A DNA stretch of 32,751 bases from Octopus bimaculoides (taxonomy: Eukaryota). Position numbers and translations under genes: made by a program. Below, piece by piece: positions 23,481-32,751 of this stretch (position 1 is its first letter; each line of letters opens with the position of its first letter). Location: contig NC_068998.1 of assembly GCF_001194135.2 (NCBI RefSeq), positions 44,473,489-44,506,239 of the forward strand. The letters run 5' to 3'. Under the pieces are notes generated by a model. That model worked only from the letters and a program-made list of their open reading frames with translations, was not told the origin of the DNA and searched no databases.

Positions 23481-23617
23481 CAATCACGAATGACTATGGA
23501 TGCACTTAAGAGGTTCTCCTCTGAGGCACAAGTCTGGGCGGAAAGTTACCTCACTGGTAAATACACAACCTAGGGTTGTTTTTATTATGGAAGACCAGCA
23601 ACCGCTGGTCTTCCATA
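23481..23617 (-). mobile_element. SINE family D-variant fragment ending in a perfect 14-bp foldback
   Basis: Homologous to 3200-3290; tatggaagaccagc aacc gctggtcttccata (23586-23617). Confidence 0.7.
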
Positions 23618-24680
23618 GCTACACAAACAACTGCTGAAATTCAAGAAAAAATAATTTTAAATTCTTTGCACCGGCCTGCATTACCCAGAGGAGCTTTCAG
23701 GTGCAGACATACTGTTGACTTTGACTGAGGCCATATGTGCGTGTATTTAAGTCAAAGCATAAAATAAAAGAATTTTCAGTATAATGCATAGAGTTTATGT
23801 TAATAAGTGAATAGTTGTTTACTTATGTGCTTATTACTCAGTTTCACTTATGGTAAATATATGAAACATTAGACACATTCTGTACATCTTCATGAAATTT
23901 TGAATATTGGATGCGTAACTCAATAACTACTCGCCTAAACACACATACAGACACAAGCACACTGGCATTCACACACATACAAACACAAACAGACACACAC
24001 ATATATCTAAACTCTAAAAGTAGCCTCCTGGTAACAATATTTGAATTAACATTTTTTCTTTATATATTTTTTTGACTGTTTTCATTCATGTTTTTGATAT
24101 ATGTGTACAGCATACACTGGGATATTGTATTAATAGATTTTATACAGAAAAGCTACCCATCTGATCTCAATATCAACAGAAGCACCTGCTTACCAATCAA
24201 ACTTTATTTTTTTATCTAAACAATTCTTTAAGGCACCTATTTATAGGCAAATTCTATTTATCTATGTATTTATCTATTATCATCATCATCATCATCATCA
24301 TCACCGTCATCATGATATTTTCATTGGAATGGTAAAGTATATTTTAGTATTTAGTTTTACCATTTATGTTGGACCCAGAATCCAGAATTTGGAATCGACT
24401 GACTGTGATTTTCATCTCAGTTGTTGTTGAAATAAACATCAACTTTTAATCTTATTTTCCAATTCCAACTCTTGTGAAATATGGCTTGCTAACTGGTCAA
24501 ATCACTCAGATCATCTGTGAACTATTTGTACTTACTTCTCTATGAAATCTATCTTTCACAAAAGACAGTGAAGGAACCTCATTGTGAATGTTCAATGTTC
24601 TGGAAACAGCAGCTAAATCGTTTAAATAACATCAAAGGAAGGAGAAGGTTGTCATTTGTGAAATGTCTTTCAGCAAAGGT

Positions 24681-25044
24681 GTAGACGTGGCTGTGTGGTT
24701 AGAGGTTAAGAAGTTTGCTTCTGAGTTACATGGTTCCAGTTTCAGTCACACAGTATGGCACTTTGGGCAACTTCTATTATAGCCTTGGGCTACTAAAGCC
24801 CTGTGAGTGGATTTGGTAGATGGAAACTGAAAGAAGCCCATTGTGTATATATAAGTATGTATGTGTATGTTTATTTATGTGTATGTGTCATTGTGTCTGT
24901 TTGTTCCCCACCACAGCTTCACTACCAGTGTTGATGTGTTTATGTCCCTGTAACTTAGCAGTTCAACAAAAGACAAAGATAGAATACATACCAGTTCTTC
25001 AAAGTGGTGCCCTAGCATGGCCACAGTCTAATGATTGGAACAAG
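24681..25044 (+). mobile_element. Composite SINE family A
   Basis: gtggctgtgtggtt..gtgagtggatttggtagatggaaactgaaagaagccc..(TG/TA)n..taacttagcagttc..ctagcatggccacagtctaatgattggaacaag. Confidence 0.88.
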
Positions 25045-25472
25045 GTTGACCTGCAGGTTACACAACATCAGTAACATTGAATAGTTACTGTTTTTAAAGT
25101 TAACTTCTTTCCCATTACTTCAAGTTCTTTGCTAGAGAGAGACATTCATAAAATATTACATCGATGAAAAAATATGTTCTAACTGCTTATGTAACCATTA
25201 TTGGTGTGAATGCGTCTGCATATCTTTAACAGAAGATATTATTTTGAAGCAATTTCAAGTATAGTAATGGACACATTTACAGATCGGAGGATAGAACACT
25301 GAGAAGAGAGTAAAATTTTACAATATAGAAATATATATAAGTATGCACAGATTCAAAGCAATTATAAAACAGATCTAGTATTACTTACAGGCTATACATT
25401 TTACTTATTCACCGAACTGCATTATGGTTCAGAGCTTTGCCATTCTCTCAAACATTGTTTAATCTTTTATCG

Positions 25473-25827
25473 TTTATTTGTTTCACTCATTGAACCTTGA
25501 CCAAGCTGGAGCACTGCCTTAAAGGGTTCAGTCAAACAAATTGACACCAGTGTTTGATTTTTAAGTTTGGTATTTATTCTATCAGTTTCTTTTGTGGAAC
25601 TGCTAAGTTACGCTGGTTATCAAGTGGTAGTTATGAGGGACAAACACAAAGACACACATACACACACACATACACATACATGCACATTTATGCTTTTATA
25701 CATTGGGCTTCTTCTTTTACAGACACACACACATACACATACACATGCATATATACATCAGGTTTATTCTTTCAGTTTCAATGTGCGTGTGTGTGTATTT
25801 GTGTGTGTCTATGTGTGTCTGTGTTTG

Positions 25828-25861
<34 letters not shown>

Positions 25862-25968
25862 CATGATTCTTTCAGTTTCCATCTACAAAATCCACTCACA
25901 TTGCTTTGATCAGCCCAAGGCTATAATAGAAGACACTCGCCCAAGGTGCAGCAAAGTAAGACTGAACC
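25473..25968 (-). mobile_element. Composite SINE family A with expanded, internally duplicated microsatellite region
   Basis: Tail tgtttcactcatt..gctggagcactgcc; repeated ttctttcagtttc motif; head gaagacactcgcccaagg. Confidence 0.8.
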
Positions 25969-26039
25969 AAAGATAACAAAATTTCAAAGATATTACTTTA
26001 TGTACTGAAATGAATGATTATGATATTATTATTGCTATT

Positions 26040-26250
26040 AAGGTGGTGAGCTGGTAGAGTCATTAGCATGACAGATAAAGTGCTTTGCAGCATTTTGTCT
26101 GTCTTTACGTTCTGACTTCAAATTCCACTGAGTTAGACTTTGCTGTTCATCCATTTGGAGTTGATAAAAAAAAGTATCTGTCAAGCATTGGGGTCGATGT
26201 AATCAACTTGACCCTCCCCTCAAACTGTGCCAAAACTTGAAACCATTATT
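26040..26250 (+). mobile_element. SINE family C copy
   Basis: ggtggtgagctggtagag..gttctgacttcaaattcc (B-box-like)..ggggtcgatgtaatcaact. Confidence 0.65.
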
Positions 26251-26355
26251 AGTGAAACTAATATTGGTATAAGCTGGTTTAACGTAAACATTGTCATTAG
26301 TTGATTGAGAAGGAATGGTCTATAGTAACAAATTCTGTGTGTGATGGAGGTGTTG

Positions 26356-26402
<47 letters not shown>

Positions 26403-27157
26403 CATATATATTCATATCTATAAGCAATCAGCAGATAATTGTTTAATAATATGTTGAAGATGTATATTTAAATTTATCAATGTGCTATTTTGGAAAAGAA
26501 AAAGAAAAGTGTTTTAAAATAGTTTCAGTTACTTTAAAACTATAACAACTGTAATTTGAATTGTTAATTTTACTATTTATTTCACTGTATAAGCAAATAC
26601 TCATTAAATTCTATCTAGATGACCTGAAGGGTCAAAGAATGGTAAAGCTCTGAATTGTAATATTCAGTTAATAATATATGTATGTGCATAGACAGATGCA
26701 TGTTATTCATACCTATGTGTATGTGTGTGTATATATATATGTGTGTGTGTGTGTATAAAATATGAGTATATATATATATATTTCACTTTCAGTGAGCAGA
26801 TGTTGCGCTGTCACTTAAGGTACATATCTATGCACAAACACTTGGCCTTTGATTTATTTTCCAACCTCCACTAAATAAAAATACATGAATATAATACATA
26901 TATTTACATGCAAGCATGTGTGTGTGTGCATGTGTGTGTGAGTGTGTGTGTGTGTGTGTGTGTGTATGCAAACGTATGTGAATAAATGCTAACATTTTCT
27001 TTTCCTATTCAATCTCATGATCAACAACTCATATGTAGCTGTTTCTGACTATGTCGTTCTTTCCCCTGCCACATCTTCATTGTTATCTTTCTATTCCTTT
27101 AATATACTCATACTCATATTCTCTCTTCTTTCATTCACTTTCTTGGTTCTTTCTTAG

Positions 27158-27314
27158 CTGTTACTCTTCCATTCACCTTCTTAACCACATTAGTATTAAA
27201 AAAATTAGGGACTACATAGAGAAGAGAGGACTCTTTAGACTTATAGCAGACAAGGTCTCTAGTCCTGATGCACTGTGTAAAGCAGTTGACGTTAAGAAGA
27301 ACATCGAAGTATAG
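27158..27314 (+). CDS. Candidate phase-2 terminal coding exon (CYSSIHLLNHISIKKIRDYIEKRGLFRLIADKVSSPDALCKAVDVKKNIEV*)
   Basis: About 100-nt pyrimidine tract ending ttctttcttag|, 51 open codons, TAG at 27312-27314, ATTAAA at 27365; no recognisable homology. Confidence 0.2.
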
Positions 27315-27430
27315 AACTCGTGAGATGTGATCTCTAACAATTTATGTCATCATGGAAAGCAGTTATTAAATGATGAGTATGATGATGATGATGATACAAA
27401 CCTGCAGACACAGAGCCTCTGATACATACA

Positions 27431-27464
<34 letters not shown>

Positions 27465-27779
27465 NNNNNNNNNNNNNNNNNNNNNNNNNNNNNNNNNNNN
27501 NNNNNNNNNNNNNNNNNNNNNNNNNNNNNNNNNNNNNNNNNNNNNNNNNNNNNNNNNNNNNNNNNNNTATATACATACATATACATACATATATATATAT
27601 ATATATAATTCAAATAAGTTATTATTTTTTTTTAAATAATGATAATGTAACCCGCAGACATAATCCAAATAGGCAAAATATATATTAAATGTCAGGGTAC
27701 AACATGCACCTATTTGCTAGAAAGAAGAGTTAAAAGTCTCCAAAGCCATGCATCTCTCACTATATATAAACATGCACGG

Positions 27780-27902
27780 ATAATGTAGTAAATATACTAA
27801 TAAAAGACATGTCTGTGTGTAGGTATATAAATGTATACACACGCACACACAGTCACACACACATATGTACTCATATATACACACACACATGTATATGTAT
27901 AT

Positions 27903-27945
<43 letters not shown>

Positions 27946-27960
27946 CGATCACATACAAAC

Positions 27961-28006
<46 letters not shown>

Positions 28007-28060
28007 GCACAAAAACTCATGTGTATACACATACATCAGACATATATACACACACTCAAA
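27780..28060. repeat. Large compound (TA)n/(CA)n microsatellite; similar tracts at 1-115, 890-967, 18690-18771, 29010-29275, 31530-31625, 32710-32751
   Basis: Direct inspection; source of the YIYI/HTHT ORFs. Confidence 0.95.
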
Positions 28061-28813
28061 CATACCTTCCTTCTACATATTTATGGTATTATTCCAAGAG
28101 CCATCTATCTATTTACTTGACTAATTAACTGTGGATTTTTACCTGACAGTTGAATAACAAATTGCTTTCCTATCACGTAGACAAAAGACAGAACTACAAT
28201 TTCATTATACAGTCTTTTAGGACATGAACATGGCATTACCAATATCTTTGGCAAGAATACAAGAAAATACCAAGTAGATTATTACAAGTAGCATTTATTT
28301 TAACTTCATCCAGTATTATTCGCTATCAGATTTTGGCAAAGGTGTGGTGGTGGTTGTGGAGTTGGATGTAGATTGGAGCAAAAGTGAAACTCTATAATTA
28401 ATTAGATTCTTTGATTGATGGAGAACTTCCTATAGAAGTATGAGAAGTTAATGTTGCAAAGTCTATTAATTTCTAATGAATTGCTTAATTTTATTTATAA
28501 AGATGTGAAGAAATCACTGTTTCCCTGTGACTAGAATATTATTTTGGTAGATAAGGAGGCCATTTAGAGATAACCTTATTATTCCAACCATGACAAACCA
28601 TTATGATGAACAAAAGAGATATAAAAATAAGGTGTTGAACTATTGGTCATTTGGTCAAGAATTCAAACCTTTGACTTGTGATATATGATAGTGTATTGTT
28701 ACTGTACTTACTGCCAGTTGCATTGAGTGCTTAACAAACAAACTTTCTAAGCAGCCACTCAGTCTACCAGAAATAGCAGTCATTTCTCATCCTCAAATAG
28801 CCTATCACTGTCT

Positions 28814-29010
28814 TTAACCCTTTAGCATTAAGATTACTGTATGGAATGTAATGCTTATTGATTCACATTGATTTCAGTTAATCATGTATTATCTTGTAGC
28901 TTTGAGATTTCAGTATGGAAGCCTTTTGTGTATATTTAAAATGACATTATAAGGTTGGTGTGAGCAATCAGATCCAGCCAGTTTGAACATAAAACTGGTG
29001 AAAATATATT
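28814..29010 (+). mobile_element. PiggyBac-like MITE, left portion
   Basis: TTAA CCCTTTAGCATT start (TTAA target plus CCC terminus); homologous to 21221-21391; right end absent. Confidence 0.65.
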
Positions 29011-29175
29011 TATGTATGCATATATATGTATATATATGAGTGCATATATATGTGTGTGTGTATATATATATATATATGGGTGTGCATGCATATATATATG
29101 TATATGTATGCATATATATATACATATATATTGTATGTGTATATAATTGTATCTGTCTATCTATCTATCTATCTA

Positions 29176-29276
<101 letters not shown>

Positions 29277-29972
29277 AGATGTATAAATGTATTTCAATTT
29301 ATGATACACAGATTTTACATTCATATATATAGATAATTAGAACTAATGAGCTAGTAATGTATTAACTGCATTAGCTGTCAAGAATATGTTATACAAATCA
29401 GTTAGTTTGATTTACTGAAAACTTTTAGTAATCGTGGCTTTATAAACAATGTCTCTGATGAGTGTGAATAAGGTTTCATTCCGAACACAGAATCAAAACT
29501 AGTTAGACTAATCCTTCTATGTCTATCCTCAAAGATATTCCATATAAACACAAGACGCTTATATCTGTTTATTACATATAGTATACTGTATGCTCTAAAA
29601 TATAGAAAATCATCTACGGTTGCATGAGTATAAGTATACATGTTTCTTTATAAATGTGGATATATAATAATATATATGTTTTATAGATGTATATATATAT
29701 ATATATAAATGTGTGTGTATGTATGTAAACATATATGTGTGTGTGTGTGTGTGTGTTTGTAGTCAAATCGGATAATCAAACATTAAAAATAACAATAACA
29801 AAACATGGAATGTATTATTTTGGCCCTCAGTTAAAAGGGAAGGTTTTTGACATTTTGAGCAGTGTTCTTTGTCAGAAAGGAAAACAGAAAAGACTAGAGA
29901 AGGAAAAATATCACCAACATCATGTTGGTGATATTTTTCTCCCTCCCCTCTCTTTCCCTTTCTCACACATTT

Positions 29973-30029
<57 letters not shown>

Positions 30030-30047
30030 TATTTTGTATCTCTCCAG

Positions 30048-30065
30048 TAGACCCAAATGTCCCTT
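30048..30065 (+). CDS. Candidate 18/15-nt microexon with a tandem (NAGNAG) acceptor (phase 2: RPKCP)
   Basis: attttgtatctctccag|tag|acccaaatgtccctt|gtaagt. Confidence 0.2.
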
Positions 30066-30419
30066 GTAAGTGATATTGAATTGTCAGAAACAGTATTGAA
30101 AGGAGCTCAGCAGAGCTGTACATGGTGTGTCATAGCTTCTTCATCTCTTTCACTCACCTCTCTGTGATGCCCTTTAACCTTTGGAACATCGAGTTATTTG
30201 AGAGTCCACTTGATTTCATGATACAAACTTCCTGTTTTGAATTGATTTATATTAAGACCTTATCATCAAACTTCGTGTTAATTTATGTTCCAAAGAGCTT
30301 AATAAATGAGTTCCCTCACCAAATTCTCTATTATTTTCAAAATTAGTTGAAACAGAGACATTGTAATTTAATGGAAATTTGGTAACAATAGGTTTAAAGA
30401 ATCTGAGTAGCACTGGATT

Positions 30420-30825
30420 AACTATTAATCCAGTAAGTATGTGCCTTGGGCATCAAGGGAAGTGAAGGCACTACAGAAATGGTAAATCGTTTACAGCACA
30501 AAAGAAATCACTTAAATCTGCTGAAATGATACTGAAAGTGATTTATATGCTCAGAAATATAATTTTGAAGTGTTCGTGGTGTCATAGTGAGGATCTGATC
30601 GATGAGTTTACAATTAAAAAAAGTAGTAGAAAAGTTTATCAAATATAAATACAATGGAAGTATGCAAAGATAAACATTATTTTCCATCTTACTCTTAGTT
30701 TTGTTTCATTTTGAAAAATAAAGATTTTTTAAGGTTTATTATTGTTTATATTTTAAATTACATATGTATGGGGATACCAAAATTTTTGAGGGCTTAGGGC
30801 TTGTATGGGTCTAAATCTGGCCCTG
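30420..30825 (+). mobile_element. 3' end of a second, very decayed hAT element with terminal repeat
   Basis: EDLIDEFTIKKSSRKVYQI* (30589-30648) resembles hAT C-termini; right end ctaaatctggccctg (reverse complement cagggccagatttag) is a hAT-type terminus. Confidence 0.55.
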
Positions 30826-31550
30826 GTTCTGAGAGTGATTTTTTTCCATTATAATACAGTAAAATATTAATGTATTTGATAACTTCAATTAATCAGGATT
30901 ATAGCTGAAGAGATAAACTCTATTGAACGATTTATAATTCAACAAAATGAAGTGAGATAACTGAAAATTAAATAAGTATCTTTTTGAAATGGATTGTCAT
31001 ACTCAAATCTCACTTACTTAAAATAAGATACAGAAAATGCAATTAAGAGAAAGAATATGGCAACTGTGGACAGGTTTTGGTCTTAATAAACCTCTTCAGA
31101 GAAGCATAAAGCACTCGAGTACATAGAAATGATGGCTCCATAGTATCCAACAATCAGTAGTTTTCCTTTTTCATGTGTTGGTTTACGTGAAGATATACAG
31201 TAGAAATGTCTGTGATGTACTCAGCTATTTATGCAATAATTCAGTGAATATGTAGTTCTGTTGATCAAACAACTGAACGACAATCATTAAAATCATACCA
31301 ACACATCATAAACCACACATACACAAACATATATATGTTGTGTAATAATATTCTATTAAACTTCAAAGCATAACTTCATGAGCATAAATTTCTCATTCCT
31401 CAGCAAATGGACAATAATGTGTTCATTCGCATGCATTCACATGTATTTGAATTTAGTATTCAGAACACACTTCTGACATATTTCCTGTCAACCATATTTC
31501 TGATGCTGTTTTACATACTGTATTGTGTGTAAAAATGTATGTATGTGTGT

Positions 31551-31601
<51 letters not shown>

Positions 31602-31737
31602 AATATATATATATATATATATATACCAGAGTAAGCACATGAAATGTGCAACAAGGTGGAAAAAAGAGTACTCAAATACCAGAGGTAGATTAATATGCTT
31701 TATTTAAAAGCAGCAGAACTATAACAAAAAAAAAAAG

Positions 31738-31775
31738 CCGTTACTCTGAGTTTCACGTTCCCGTTCATCGGACAG
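31738..31775 (-). ncRNA. Minimal type-I hammerhead ribozyme motif (U4C core variant)
   Basis: cugu CCGAUGA ACG ggaa CGU GAA ACUC A GAGU A / acgg; 4-bp stem I, 3-bp stem II, near-palindromic stem III, GUA cleavage triplet (cut between 31742 and 31741). Confidence 0.65.
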
Positions 31776-31778
31776 TTT

Positions 31779-31814
31779 TGTTAGATGAACAGGAACGTGA
31801 AACTCAGAGTAACG
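31779..31814 (+). ncRNA. Degenerate inverted copy of the hammerhead motif
   Basis: ugu UAGAUGA acaggaacgu GAAACUCAGAGUA / acg; two core substitutions and a stem II mismatch. Confidence 0.5.
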
Positions 31815-31879
31815 TTTATTTTTGTTTGTTTTTTTTATATTTCTGCTGCTTTTAAATAAAGTATATATATATACACACA

Positions 31880-32340
31880 TACTTTAGAACCTCACAGTAC
31901 AAGTGCATCATTATATGAGTAATTTTTTGTATGAGCCGAGGCTTGTGCACATTTTTGCCATGAAGTACGAATGGAAATCCACAGTAAGAGTGAGTTTTAT
32001 ACAAATGACCACTAGTCGGCGCTGAGCTCACACACACACTTTTCCAGCAAGTGCAGTCTCCGTTCACTTAGTTTATCTCATTGTGACAGCATCCCTGTTG
32101 TGTTTTGCCCAGTGGTTTCGTTTAGTTTTGTGCATTTTTTGCTGTTATTTTATAATAATTAGTTGTGTTAGCCATGAGTCCTAAGAATGTTAATGCAAAG
32201 GACAATGCTGAGAAGAAGGAAAAACTGATTACAATAGAATTGAAGAAAGAAATCATTGATAAACATGAGAGAGGAGTCCGTGTAGTGGACATAGCACATC
32301 AATATGATTGAAGCATGTCGATGATCTGCACCATCCTCGA
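31880..32340 (+). mobile_element. Tigger/pogo-like DNA transposon 5' end with N-terminal transposase remnant
   Basis: Degenerate TIR ta|ctttagaacctc; ATG 32174 MSPKNVNAKDNAEKKEKLITIELKKEIIDKHERGVRVVDIAHQYD*SMSMICTIL is a CENP-B/psq-type HTH; TGA at 32309. Confidence 0.85.
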
Positions 32341-32704
32341 TTACATCATCGAAATATTGAAACTGCAAGGTAATGTGAATATAGAAGCATTACATTTGAC
32401 AGATTAATCTGAATGTTAAAGTGTTAAAATGGCAAGTTATAATTTGATGGTGATATTAACTGCTATTTCTAGCAGGTTAGAGACTTTCCCACTCATTTAT
32501 ATAACTTTATTATTCAACTGTAGTAATCTTATGGAAATACATTGTCTAACCAATCTTTTATTTAATTTACAAGCTAATTTTGAAACGTTATCAGTAATAT
32601 GTTTTAAAAAGATAAATATATAAATAACGAACTTAAAAACTCATTTCTCTTCTTAATAATTTCATTTTTTATATTTTCACCACTTTTCCAACTTACATTT
32701 TTTT

Positions 32705-32751
<47 letters not shown>

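Larger units (their letters stand above)
31626..31866. mobile_element. Penelope-like/retrozyme-like terminal fragment forming a long inverted repeat, flanked by (TA)n
   Basis: Arms 31693-31769 and 31784-31866, 14-nt spacer; each arm carries a hammerhead-like core followed by aataaa. Confidence 0.7.

Overview
AT-rich eukaryotic intronic/intergenic DNA with five N gaps and many (TA)n, (CA)n, (GA)n, (GATA)n and trinucleotide microsatellites. The tRNA-derived SINE families resemble those of octopus; this is inferred from recall, not from a search. No complete protein-coding gene is recognisable, and most listed ORFs are microsatellite or gap artefacts. Recognisable content: about 20 SINE copies or fragments of several families; a 3' fragment of an RTE-type LINE; a roughly 1.3-2.5 kb hAT transposase fossil; the 3' end of a second hAT; a young mariner MITE with near-perfect TIRs and TA TSDs; a Tigger/pogo 5' end; and two piggyBac-like MITE halves. 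The most interesting signals are as follows. (1) Minimal type-I hammerhead-ribozyme motifs arranged as divergent inverted pairs inside (TA)n tracts at 31.7 kb and 14.7 kb, typical of Penelope-like element ends or retrozymes. (2) A speculative chain of frame-preserving phase-2 microexons on the + strand that would join into a Cys-rich ORF with a hydrophobic N-terminus. (3) A canonical 169-nt intron on the - strand joining a 56-aa small ORF. (4) A dense CCAAT-box cluster at 14.2-14.4 kb. All gene-like calls rest on motif inspection only and need RNA evidence.
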